From: a virus
IMG/VR virus record: IMGVR_UViG_3300044819_000016
Coordinates: 19,042-83,041 of that record
Length of the DNA: 64,000 bases
Direction: 5' to 3' (one strand)
Position numbers and translations under genes: made by a program. Under the pieces are notes generated by a model. The model was not told where the DNA came from and ran no database searches. It was given only the letters and a program-made list of their open reading frames with translations. Positions 29,228 to 38,260 of this stretch are shown piece by piece. Every line of letters starts with the position of its first letter. Position 1 is the stretch's first letter.

Positions 29228-30116
29228 TACCTCCATCGAATGGACCTCGAAGGTGTGGAATGTCACGCGCGGTTGTGCCCGTGTGTCCGCCGGGTGCGGA
29301 ACCGGCGTTGCCGGCGGTTGCTATGCTGAGCGCCAGGCGCATCGTTTCAGCGGCCCGGGTATGCCATACGAGGGGCTCACGAAGATGGGGAAGCACGGCC
29401 CACAGTGGACAGGTCGATGCATCTTCGTTCCCGAGAAACTCGACGAGCCGCTCCATTGGAAAAAGCCGGCGCGAATCTTCGTCAACTCAATGAGCGATCT
29501 CTTTCACGATGACATCACCAATGAGCAGATCTCAACCGTCTTCAGCGTCATGGCGGATTGCCCGCAGCACACGTTCCAGATCCTGACAAAGCGGCCAGCG
29601 CGAATGCTGGAGGCTCTCGAATGGATCGAGGAACACTCCGGCGGTCACCACGGCAATTGGCCACTCCAGAACGTGCATCTCGGCGTCTCATGCGAGAATC
29701 AGGAGACGGCAAACGAGCGGATCCCGATCCTCCTGAAGTGCCCGGCCGGGGTCAGGTTCGTCTCGGCCGAGCCCTTGCTGGGCGCCATCGCCTTCGGCGA
29801 GAAGCATCTCGGCCAGGGCTCTGACTGCCCGGAATGCGGGTGGGGAGTTCTCGTCGACGAGGAAGGATGCTGCGCCACCTGCGGCGAGTACTCGATGTGG
29901 TACGGGCTCGACTGGGTGATCGTCGGCGGCGAGAGCGGGCCCCGCCGTCGTGATTGCGAAGTCGAGTGGATCCACTCCATCGTCGAGCAGTGCGAGGGCG
30001 TCGGGGTCCCGTGCTTCGTGAAGCAGGACAGCGGCGCGCGCTCGGGAGGACAGGGACGGTTGTCTGACGAACTGTGGTCCATCAAGCAATTCCCCGTGAC
30101 AGGAGAGACACCATGA
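29220..30116 (+). CDS. Phage Gp37/Gp68 (DUF5131, radical-SAM-like) protein
   Basis: TSIEWT...GCARVSAGC...CYAE...IFVNSMSDLFH...FQILTKRP...SAEPLLG...WVIVGGESG...FVKQ. Confidence 0.9.
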   Translation: MSNTSIEWTSKVWNVTRGCARVSAGCGTGVAGGCYAERQAHRFSGPGMPYEGLTKMGKHGPQWTGRCIFVPEKLDEPLHWKKPARIFVNSMSDLFHDDITNEQISTVFSVMADCPQHTFQILTKRPARMLEALEWIEEHSGGHHGNWPLQNVHLGVSCENQETANERIPILLKCPAGVRFVSAEPLLGAIAFGEKHLGQGSDCPECGWGVLVDEEGCCATCGEYSMWYGLDWVIVGGESGPRRRDCEVEWIHSIVEQCEGVGVPCFVKQDSGARSGGQGRLSDELWSIKQFPVTGETP

Positions 30117-30655
30117 GCCTCGCCGAGCGGATCTTGTCCCGACTCCTGCACCGCCGCGTGATCATGGACCGCGAAGGGGGAACCAAGTACCTCAGCCGGT
30201 GGTACATCCTTGGCACGAGGTTCGACTCCAACGGCAAGAAGCTGTCCCACTCCCGGCTCCCCTTCAGCCTGTTCGTGCACCGCTTCCACCGCTCGGACGA
30301 CGATGGTTGCCTTCACAGTCATCCCTGGGCTTGGAGCGTGGCCCTGATCTTGCGCGGCGGGTACTCGGAGGAGCGCCGGGTGGGCGACGAGGTCATCCGC
30401 CGGCTGGTGAAGCCCTGGCGCCTGAACTTCATCCGAGGGACCGACTACCATCGGGTGGACCTGGTAGGGCATGACGCCTGGAGCTTGTTCCTGGCCGGAC
30501 CTAAGGTGTCCACCTGGTACTTCTGGGACCGGGAGACCAAGCGCCGGATGGAATGGCGGTCGTTCATTGCCATGAAGAGGGGCCTGGGAGCGCCTGGGAA
30601 CGCCTGGGAGGCCGATTCGAGGGCGGCAAGCCCTGAGGTACTCACCAGGCGATGA
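30113..30655 (+). CDS. Cupin-like phage protein
   Basis: HRFHRSDD...HSHPW...ILRGGYSEE...YHRVDL...WSLFLAG. Confidence 0.6.
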   Translation: MSLAERILSRLLHRRVIMDREGGTKYLSRWYILGTRFDSNGKKLSHSRLPFSLFVHRFHRSDDDGCLHSHPWAWSVALILRGGYSEERRVGDEVIRRLVKPWRLNFIRGTDYHRVDLVGHDAWSLFLAGPKVSTWYFWDRETKRRMEWRSFIAMKRGLGAPGNAWEADSRAASPEVLTRR

Positions 30656-30745
30656 ACGGGGCTCCTGGAGCATCCTGTGCGTTCTGGGGCCCAGACGCAC
30701 GAAGGGCCCGGAGTGTTAGTCCGAGCCCTGTTCGTGCAACCCGTT

Positions 30746-30773
30746 TTGCTTTTTCAAGCCAGTGGGTTAATCT
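30746..30773 (+). promoter_or_regulatory. Putative promoter of the replication operon
   Basis: TTGCTT-16-TAATCT in a 200-bp intergenic gap flanked by hairpins. Confidence 0.45.
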
Positions 30774-30857
30774 GGGGGTTGTCCAGACCCGCGTTCGGGG
30801 GAAAAGATCCCACGGATGCGGGCGGTTGTCAAACCCCTATCCGATGGAGACTTTCGA

Positions 30858-31424
30858 ATGAGCGCAAGCGGCGGTAGTGCGTGGTATTCGGAGATACTGA
30901 AGGACCCGAGGTGGCAGAAGAAGCGACTGGAGATCATGAGTCGCGACGGGTTCAAATGCGTGAACTGCGAAGCGTCAGATAAGACGCTTCACGTTCACCA
31001 CCTGCGATACCTCAAGGGCAAGAAACCATGGGAGCATGGCGACGAGAACCTCCAGACGCTCTGCGTGGATTGCCACGCAACCGAATCAGTGGTTGACGAG
31101 AGACTGAAGGAGGCGATTTTCGCCTATGCCATTTTCTGCGGTGGCAAAGAGGGTCTGCTCGGGTACCTGGAGGCGGCGGCCGCTTATTGGCATTTTGGCA
31201 AAGATGGCGATCACGCCCCGTTGTCAGTGAAAATAATAAGTACTGCCCACGCATGCGGAATAGCCAAGTGGCTCAGGGAGCAGGACGCCGGGGTCGACAT
31301 CGATGGCGCTGGCGTAGTAGCCTTGGCAACCATCGATGAGGAGTCATCGCTGGCCATCGTCGACATCCAGGGTTTGCTGTTCAGTCTTCTGCCGGCGGGT
31401 GACCCGAGGCTTCCTCGCCCATGA
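30858..31424 (+). CDS. HNH-like endonuclease domain protein
   Basis: DPRWQKKRLEIMSRDGFKCVNC...LHVHH...LQTLCVDCH. Confidence 0.75.
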   Translation: MSASGGSAWYSEILKDPRWQKKRLEIMSRDGFKCVNCEASDKTLHVHHLRYLKGKKPWEHGDENLQTLCVDCHATESVVDERLKEAIFAYAIFCGGKEGLLGYLEAAAAYWHFGKDGDHAPLSVKIISTAHACGIAKWLREQDAGVDIDGAGVVALATIDEESSLAIVDIQGLLFSLLPAGDPRLPRP

Positions 31425-32161
31425 GCTGCGCGTGCCATGTCCAACCTTCCGTCAGAAGGACCATCCGAATCAGCAAGGAGGAGACCGTTCGGTCCATGGT
31501 TTGCCCTTGCTGCCATGCGACCTGGAAAACGCGTGAACTGGACATCGTGGGGAGCCATATGGAGGCAGTTAACGGGTGGCATATGGCCACTAATAGCCAG
31601 ATCACAGATGTGATCGAAGATGATCCGATACCAAGAAGATCCAATGAAATTGCGGTGATCACGAAGTTGTCGGGCATTTCTACGCCTCGCGTTAAGGGGG
31701 GAGGGGGGGTTTCCGTGATCCACTCTCCAGAAAGTGATCAGCCTCTAAGTGATGATCATCAGGGATTGATCCTCCAACTTCCCAGTAAACCTACCGCGCG
31801 CGCGCCCGCGACCCCTGCGCCCGCGACCCCAGGGGCATTCGATCGATTCTGGGCCGCCTACCCGAGGAAGGTGGCCAAGGCCAGGGCCCTTGCGACGTGG
31901 AAAAAGAAACGCCCAATCCTCTCCGTCGTCCTGGACGCCCTGGAGTGGCAGAAGGTCGAATGGGCCAAGGGGGATCTGAAGTTCATCCCTCATCCGGCAT
32001 CTTGGATCCACGACGGTAGATGGGAGGACGAGCGCCCGAAGCCAGGCGCCAACGCCCCCGTCCGCGACGTCGCCATTGGCTGGGCACCGGCCCCTCGTCG
32101 CTCCGAGAACTTCGTGGAAGGCGTCGGCGGATACGCCAGCGTGAAGGGGGCGAACGAATGA
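31421..32161 (+). CDS. Phage replication initiator-like protein
   Basis: FDRFWAAYPRKVAK...FIPHPASWI...RWEDE C-terminal motif; lies upstream of DnaC/DnaB. Confidence 0.7.
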   Translation: MSCACHVQPSVRRTIRISKEETVRSMVCPCCHATWKTRELDIVGSHMEAVNGWHMATNSQITDVIEDDPIPRRSNEIAVITKLSGISTPRVKGGGGVSVIHSPESDQPLSDDHQGLILQLPSKPTARAPATPAPATPGAFDRFWAAYPRKVAKARALATWKKKRPILSVVLDALEWQKVEWAKGDLKFIPHPASWIHDGRWEDERPKPGANAPVRDVAIGWAPAPRRSENFVEGVGGYASVKGANE

Positions 32162-32808
32162 AACTTCCAGAGCGCACCGCTGGTGAAGACCTGGAGGCGT
32201 GGATCGCTCGCCTGTACGAATTGGAGATGTCTCCAGCCGGGAAGGCGGCTCGGCGCGACGAGGTCGCCGCCGGGATCGTCAAGGCCCGTGGCGAGCAGCG
32301 GGCGCAATTGGTGGCGATGGGCGCCCCTCTCGTGGCGGTCACCGCCCTTGAACACTTGAAGAAATCTCCCCTCATCGCCGCCGTCCGGGAGAATCCACCG
32401 CGTGTTCTCCTGGCCCTATCTGCTGGCGTAGGAGCTGGAAAGACGGTCGCAGCATGCGCGGCGATGCTCGACGTTCTTCAGTCAGGCTGGGAGTCGCTGT
32501 TCGTCCGGGCCATCCCATTCGCCCGGTGGGATCGATACGATGATGACGAGATGGGTCGGCTATTGGAAACTCGACTCCTGATCATCGATGATCTCGGACA
32601 GGAATTCATGGACGCGAAGGGGAATTTCGCCGTCCTCCTGGACGAAGTCACGGCAACGCGATCGGAGAATAACCTGCGAACGATCCTGACGACGAACCTG
32701 AGTGTCGGCGACTTCCGGACTCGATACGGTGAGCGCATCGCCAGCCGCATCTCTGGCCTCGGGGGATTCTTCGAATACTCGGGCCGCGATCTCCGGGTGA
32801 AGCCATGA
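32158..32808 (+). CDS. DnaC/IstB-like ATPase (helicase loader)
   Basis: GVGAGKT, LLIIDDLGQE, TILTTNL, YGERIASRI. Confidence 0.85.
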   Translation: MKLPERTAGEDLEAWIARLYELEMSPAGKAARRDEVAAGIVKARGEQRAQLVAMGAPLVAVTALEHLKKSPLIAAVRENPPRVLLALSAGVGAGKTVAACAAMLDVLQSGWESLFVRAIPFARWDRYDDDEMGRLLETRLLIIDDLGQEFMDAKGNFAVLLDEVTATRSENNLRTILTTNLSVGDFRTRYGERIASRISGLGGFFEYSGRDLRVKP

Positions 32809-34181
32809 ACGCGCCGCCGTTCTCCATGGAATCCGAGAAGGCAGCGCTCGGGTCAGTCCTGATCCGGAACACAGCCTACGACGAGGTGTCATCGCTCGTC
32901 GTCGCGGAGGACTTCGTCGGCCTTGGGCACGATGCGATCTTCCGAGCGATGGGCGTCCTCGTGGCTGCTGGCAAGCCGCCGGGGGACGTGATGCTGCTGA
33001 TCGAAGAGGTCCGTCGCTCGGGCAGTCTCGGCAAACTCGACGGCGGCGAGATGTACATGCTCACGTTGAGCGGGGCTGTCCCCACAGCCGAAAATGCTGT
33101 TCACTACGCACGGATCATCCGGGACAAAGCCGTCTTGCGCCGGGTCATGGCCGCTTGTGCAGAGACGATTGCACGAGCCAGTTCCAACGAGGCGGTTGGC
33201 GCATCCGCCGTACTGGCGGATCACATGGCTGGATTCGAAGCCATTACGATTCGCGGCGATCGCGGCTCCGAGTCATACTCCGATCTCGGTAGTCGCGTGC
33301 TCGATGTCGTCGAGGCGAAGTGCAAGGCACCTGACGGCTACCAGATCCCGATCGGCATCAAGGAGTTCGACGAGGAATACGGCGGCTTCAGAGCTGGGCA
33401 ATTCGTCCTGATCGGTGGGCGCCCAGGGAACTTCAAGACGACGTTTGCCGTCAACACCGCCGTCCGGATGGCGATGACGAGCAACATCTCGTCGCTGATC
33501 TTCTCGCTCGAAATGTCGAAACAGGAATTGTTCGAGAAGATGCTGGCCCAGATTTCCGAAGTGGACTCGAAGAAGATCACACGCGGGACGCTCGACGTCG
33601 CGGAATGGAAGTCAATCCACGGGGCACACAAGGTTCTGTCTAAGCTCCCGATCCTGATCGACGACCGCGAAGATATCGCCGCCGAGGATCTGTGCTCCGC
33701 GGCTCGGATGTGGTCGCGCTCGGTAGATGCCGGCGGACCACCGAAGATGAAAGCGATTTGGATCGACTCCATGTCTCAACTCTCGCTGCGAAAGGAAGGT
33801 CGGCGGTTCGATGACGTCTCGAAGATTTCGCGGATGCTGAAGCGCCTGGCGCGGTCCCTAGGCTGCCCGGTGTTCCTGGTGGCGCACGTCAACCGCGAGG
33901 TCGAAAAGTCAGTGCGACCGCGCAAGCCGAGGCTCTCCGATCTCCGTGAGTCTGGAAGCCTTGAGCAAGACGCCGACGTCGTCCTGTTCCCATGGATCAC
34001 TCCGGGCCAGTCGGCAGACGTCCTCGACGCTCACCTGCTGATGGTCAAAGTCCGCGACGGCGTGCCGTCCGAGGTTCCAGTCTCGATCCATCGGCGGTGC
34101 GGGGCCTTCAAAAGCCGCGAAGACTCAACGTTCGTGAGCACACTCGCCTCTGCCCCCGACCATTGGGGCAACCCGGAATGA
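32805..34181 (+). CDS. dnaB: Replicative DNA helicase
   Basis: PPFSMESEKAALGSVL, GRPGNFKT, FSLEMS, PRLSDLRESGSLEQDAD. Confidence 0.95.
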   Translation: MNAPPFSMESEKAALGSVLIRNTAYDEVSSLVVAEDFVGLGHDAIFRAMGVLVAAGKPPGDVMLLIEEVRRSGSLGKLDGGEMYMLTLSGAVPTAENAVHYARIIRDKAVLRRVMAACAETIARASSNEAVGASAVLADHMAGFEAITIRGDRGSESYSDLGSRVLDVVEAKCKAPDGYQIPIGIKEFDEEYGGFRAGQFVLIGGRPGNFKTTFAVNTAVRMAMTSNISSLIFSLEMSKQELFEKMLAQISEVDSKKITRGTLDVAEWKSIHGAHKVLSKLPILIDDREDIAAEDLCSAARMWSRSVDAGGPPKMKAIWIDSMSQLSLRKEGRRFDDVSKISRMLKRLARSLGCPVFLVAHVNREVEKSVRPRKPRLSDLRESGSLEQDADVVLFPWITPGQSADVLDAHLLMVKVRDGVPSEVPVSIHRRCGAFKSREDSTFVSTLASAPDHWGNPE

Positions 34182-34486
34182 AGACCAAGAACATCGATAT
34201 GTTTGCCGCCCCGGCTGCTCCAGTCGCTCCCAGTGCCCCGCTCAGGGCCTCCAAGGCCCCGGCGCCCCAGCCGACAGAGAACGCCCCGCCAGCGCGAAGC
34301 CAGAGGCCCTGGGTGACGGCTCCGCCGGCCAGGACGCCTGTGTACTACATCACATCGGGCATCTCGACCTACGTCTGGCTGTGCCCCAGGCACGTCGTCG
34401 CCCGGAAGAAGGCCGGTTGGACGGTCAAGGGAACCGGGACCTACGCTGACTGGGGCTGCGACGATTGCCCTCGCGAGACGGGCTAA
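34178..34486 (+). CDS. Hypothetical protein (Cys/His motif)
   Basis: ATGA overlap; CPRH...CDDC. Confidence 0.55.
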   Translation: MKTKNIDMFAAPAAPVAPSAPLRASKAPAPQPTENAPPARSQRPWVTAPPARTPVYYITSGISTYVWLCPRHVVARKKAGWTVKGTGTYADWGCDDCPRETG

Positions 34487-34508
34487 CTTCCCTCGTACGG
34501 AGGGAACG

Positions 34509-35069
34509 ATGAGCGAAAGAAAAGTCAGCACCGATGCCTTGGAGACCCTTGGCACGATTCACACGAAGGACGAGAAGCGCGATGCCATTCACCTGGCGGT
34601 CGTTCAGGTGAGTGCCAAGATGCTCCTTAATCCAGGGGAGTCGATCGCGATCAGGAACGGCTGGGCACACATCCCAAGAGGCGACGAGGAATCCCTGGCC
34701 ATCGTCGACCCGTTCCTCACGGCCAAGGTGCGCTATGGCGATCGGTTCTGGGCTGTCCTGCGCCCGCGCTTGGTGACGTCACTGCGCCACGTCTGGACGC
34801 ATACCGCGTTCCCTGACACCGAGGCCCACCAGGATGGCCGCACGGCATCCGAGGTGTGGATGGACGACTTCTCCAAGTCCCTCGGGATAACCACGGAGAC
34901 GCTCATGGAGGGCGCGAAGAGGTACCTGAAATATGACGACCGCCTGTATTGCGGGGAGTTGTTCGACGGCAAGGAAATTCCCAAAGAGTTTTGGAGGCAC
35001 TTCGAGGAGATCGAGAAGACCACCGTCCCCCAGGAGAAGCGGCACGACTTCTTGAGCTGCTCATGCTGA
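34509..35069 (+). CDS. Conserved phage hypothetical protein
   Basis: RDAIHLAV...IVDPFL...TSLRHVWTH...SCSC; GGAGG RBS. Confidence 0.7.
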   Translation: MSERKVSTDALETLGTIHTKDEKRDAIHLAVVQVSAKMLLNPGESIAIRNGWAHIPRGDEESLAIVDPFLTAKVRYGDRFWAVLRPRLVTSLRHVWTHTAFPDTEAHQDGRTASEVWMDDFSKSLGITTETLMEGAKRYLKYDDRLYCGELFDGKEIPKEFWRHFEEIEKTTVPQEKRHDFLSCSC

Positions 35070-35554
35070 AGCCAACGACGAAGCAGATCGCCGATGCCAT
35101 GCCGCTGACCGAGAGCCACACGGCGCCGCACGGTCCATTCCCGCTGGAGCAGTTCATGTGCGGCATCTGCGGCCAGGGCTCCGGCTCCCTCGCGCTCTAC
35201 CGCGAGTGCGACGTCGTCGACAAGCCGTATCCCGGCGACGAAGCCTTGATCTTCATCGGTAGGGACCACGCCGGGTGCATGCGTGCGATGGACGCCCATC
35301 CTCGGCTCTACATCGAGGAGTCCGGGAATCCGGGCAGCTTCCCGGCGCTCTGCGGGGAGTGCACCTGGCGCGTCGATTTGCGCTGCGAACACCCTGATCA
35401 GTTCGTCAAAAGCGGTCCCGGTCTGAAGGTGGATCTGACAGACCCACTCCGCGGCGCAATCGTCTGCGGGACTGACAGACAGGGGCGCCGCGCGCGAATC
35501 AGGATGGTCAACCGCGCCGTCTCGTGCGCTGGCCAAGAAATCAAAGGAGGGTGA
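35063..35554 (+). CDS. Cys-rich hypothetical protein
   Basis: CGIC and CGEC motifs; overlaps the previous stop. Confidence 0.55.
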   Translation: MLKPTTKQIADAMPLTESHTAPHGPFPLEQFMCGICGQGSGSLALYRECDVVDKPYPGDEALIFIGRDHAGCMRAMDAHPRLYIEESGNPGSFPALCGECTWRVDLRCEHPDQFVKSGPGLKVDLTDPLRGAIVCGTDRQGRRARIRMVNRAVSCAGQEIKGG

Positions 35555-35555
35555 G

Positions 35556-36212
35556 ATGAACGAATCGAAGCCAGAGCATCCGACGGGTGACACGGTGGCC
35601 ACGGACCTGAATGTCGAGATCGATGCCATGCGCAAGGTCTACATGGCGGTACTCGCCGTGCCGCCCGAGCGCCGCGCCGAGGTCTTGGCGTGGGTCAGCA
35701 AGCGCCTCGAACCCCAGCGCGCGAAGCAGTTCGTCCGCGACCCGCAGGCCGCTCAGGCGAACCCGGTGATCCTGCACGTCGGCGACCCGACTCCGCATGA
35801 GGTGGCATTCACGAACGACCCGAGGAAGTACGCGCATCTCATGGATCCCCAGGACGTCCAGTCGGCGACGGAGAAGATTCAGCAGCTGCGCCCCAGCCTC
35901 GGCCTAGTGAACCCTGGTGGCGGCCTCACCATCGCAATAGGAGGCGGCGGCACGTCGGGAGCCGGCGAACCGACCGCGACCATCAAAGACATCCGTGGCC
36001 ACCACTCGCCATACGCCGAACTGGGGACTTTGCGACAGGTGATCACCGAGGTGGTACGTCACAAGTTCGGAGGTGTCACACCTGCCCCCGTGGCGATGGT
36101 GGAGTTCATCCGGGAGCTTCGAGATGGACCGAACGGCCCGACGAGGGGATTTCTGAACGTGATCCCGGACGACACGCTGGAGGAGCGGATCACCCAGCTC
36201 CTGGAGGGCTAA
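35556..36212 (+). CDS. Hypothetical protein
   Basis: GGAGG RBS; 218 aa. Confidence 0.6.
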   Translation: MNESKPEHPTGDTVATDLNVEIDAMRKVYMAVLAVPPERRAEVLAWVSKRLEPQRAKQFVRDPQAAQANPVILHVGDPTPHEVAFTNDPRKYAHLMDPQDVQSATEKIQQLRPSLGLVNPGGGLTIAIGGGGTSGAGEPTATIKDIRGHHSPYAELGTLRQVITEVVRHKFGGVTPAPVAMVEFIRELRDGPNGPTRGFLNVIPDDTLEERITQLLEG

Positions 36213-36249
36213 CTTAGACCCTGTCACCCCACCCCGAACGGAGACCAGA

Positions 36250-36705
36250 ATGGCCCCACCGACCAAGCCCCTTCCGGAAGTCATCGACGAGAAGACGATT
36301 CGCCTCGCCATCTCGATCAACGCCGATGCGATTCAGCAGGAGTACATCGAGCTTCCATCGACTCGCTACAAGTTCACCCGCCGGCACATTGCCTCCGCCA
36401 AGGCTCATCGGCTCGCCGAGTTGGAGGACGAGATCGAGGAGCAGAAGATTCGAGCCGATCTGAAGCGCATCGCCGACGAAGCCAACCCGCCGAAGAAGCT
36501 GACGGTCGCCGACATGGAGCAGATCGTGATCCTCGATCCCCGCTACCGCCAGTCGAAGGAACGTGTCATCAACGCCCGCGAGGCGATGGACCAGGCCGCC
36601 GCCATCGTCGCGAGCATCTCTGATAAAAAGGAGATGCTCGTCTCCCTGGGCGCCGACCTGCGCACCGAAAAAGAAGCCGACCCAAGCATCCGCACCCGCC
36701 GCTGA
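36250..36705 (+). CDS. UvsY-like recombination mediator
   Basis: All-helical 151 aa (KLTVADME...DPRY...KKEMLVSLGADLR) close to SSB and RecA. Confidence 0.55.
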   Translation: MAPPTKPLPEVIDEKTIRLAISINADAIQQEYIELPSTRYKFTRRHIASAKAHRLAELEDEIEEQKIRADLKRIADEANPPKKLTVADMEQIVILDPRYRQSKERVINAREAMDQAAAIVASISDKKEMLVSLGADLRTEKEADPSIRTRR

Positions 36706-36728
36706 CACCAATAAAGGACCCATCCACA

Positions 36729-37091
36729 ATGGCACTCAAGGACATGGAAACCCTGCATCAGCTGTACCGCGATCTCCAGGTCGCAAAGCAACTCGGCTAC
36801 AAGCGTCTCGCCGCTGCTCTCGCCACGACGCTTCTCACCTTGGCTCATGGGCTCATCGGCGAGTGCATGGGCGCCGAGTTGATCGCGAAGGCGGCGAGCG
36901 CGGCGAAGGAGGACATGCCGCCCGACGAGGTCAGGCTTCTGTTGCTGATCGTCACCGCCCCGAATGAATCGTTCGAGACCGTGACGAAGGTTCTCCAGAG
37001 GGATCTGGATGCCAAACTCGCCAAGGAGCGCGAGGCGTCCCAGGAGCCGGCCCAGACGACGACGGAGGAGCGCGAAACGACGGCGGGCTAA
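36729..37091 (+). CDS. Hypothetical protein
   Basis: AAGGA RBS; 120 aa. Confidence 0.6.
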   Translation: MALKDMETLHQLYRDLQVAKQLGYKRLAAALATTLLTLAHGLIGECMGAELIAKAASAAKEDMPPDEVRLLLLIVTAPNESFETVTKVLQRDLDAKLAKEREASQEPAQTTTEERETTAG

Positions 37092-37139
37092 CTTCCATCC
37101 CAACCACCAACCAACCCAAACCCAAAGGAACAAACGCAC

Positions 37140-38192
37140 ATGGCAACAACGACCGACACTTTCGTGGAAACCGAGTGGGAGCGATCTTCGCCCGAGGAGA
37201 TGCGCGAAGACTTCGACGCGTACAAGCGTGACGAAGCCGAGCGCAAGGCACGCGGCGCCGTGGTCAAACCCGAGGTGGGCAAGACCGTTTGGCGCATCAT
37301 GCCCAAGATCAAGGGGAAGCGCCTGACGAAGCGGACCTGGACGCACAACGTGAACAACAAGGTCCTCGCGCAGGCGATGGACCTACTTGCTGGGCTCCCG
37401 GACGAGCCGCGTCTGAAGGCAGCCGCCGCGCTCGGGATCATGGACATCCCGGCCCCCACGTTCTCCGATGGGTTCTCCGCGACCGTCTGTGCCTCCAAGG
37501 TGGAGGACAAGCCGTGCTTCTACTGCACGCTGAACAGCATCCTTCGCGGCATCGGCAACGCAGCGCCGGCCCTGGCCGAGACGACCAAGTACCTATCTGG
37601 CGAGATCAGTTCGAGCCAGGAGTATTTCGTGGGCGCCGTGAACCTCAGCGACAAGGCCGAGATGGCGCGTGGACCGCGGATCTTGAAGCTGACAAAGGGG
37701 CAGTTCGAGGACCTCGATCGGATCTACTGGGACAAGGAGGCCGGCGGCGACTTCTCCGATCCAGACAAGGGGTTCAACCTGATCATCGATCGCATCGAGG
37801 ACCCGAACACGACGATGGAGATCAACGGTAAGTCGATGCCCAAGACGACCTACAAGATGTCGGCGGCGCGGACCTCGACCCCGATCCCGAACAGGGACTG
37901 GCTGAAGCACCTTCACGATCTCGACACCGCACGCCCCGTGCTGGACGTCGGCGAGGTGCGAAGGCTCATCGAGGGCACGCCGAAGGGCCCCCAGGCGCCC
38001 GCAGCGCCGCAGGGACGTCAACTCACCTCCGTTCCCCCGCCGGCAGCCGTTGCTCCCGCTGGCGTCGCTCCTGGTGACGCTGGCGAAGACGATGGCGATC
38101 CCGACGAGGTCCTCCAGAATCCGAAGGACAGTTCGGACTTCGACAGCCGAGCGAACTTCAAGAAGCGCGGGATCCGCGGCATCCCAATCTGA
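37140..38192 (+). CDS. T4 gp32-like single-stranded DNA-binding protein
   Basis: WRIMP...H...VC...PCFYC...GDFSDPDKGFNLII...acidic tail. Confidence 0.7.
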   Translation: MATTTDTFVETEWERSSPEEMREDFDAYKRDEAERKARGAVVKPEVGKTVWRIMPKIKGKRLTKRTWTHNVNNKVLAQAMDLLAGLPDEPRLKAAAALGIMDIPAPTFSDGFSATVCASKVEDKPCFYCTLNSILRGIGNAAPALAETTKYLSGEISSSQEYFVGAVNLSDKAEMARGPRILKLTKGQFEDLDRIYWDKEAGGDFSDPDKGFNLIIDRIEDPNTTMEINGKSMPKTTYKMSAARTSTPIPNRDWLKHLHDLDTARPVLDVGEVRRLIEGTPKGPQAPAAPQGRQLTSVPPPAAVAPAGVAPGDAGEDDGDPDEVLQNPKDSSDFDSRANFKKRGIRGIPI

Positions 38193-38202
38193 TTCACCGA
38201 TG

Positions 38203-38239
38203 GGGGAACGCCTGGTACTGGGGAGTCCAGGCGTTCCCC
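38203..38239 (+). promoter_or_regulatory. 13-bp stem-loop between ssb and recA (terminator or processing site)
   Basis: GGGGAACGCCTGG / CCAGGCGTTCCCC perfect inverted repeat. Confidence 0.6.
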
Positions 38240-38260
38240 TAATTTGTCAGGAGGAATCAG

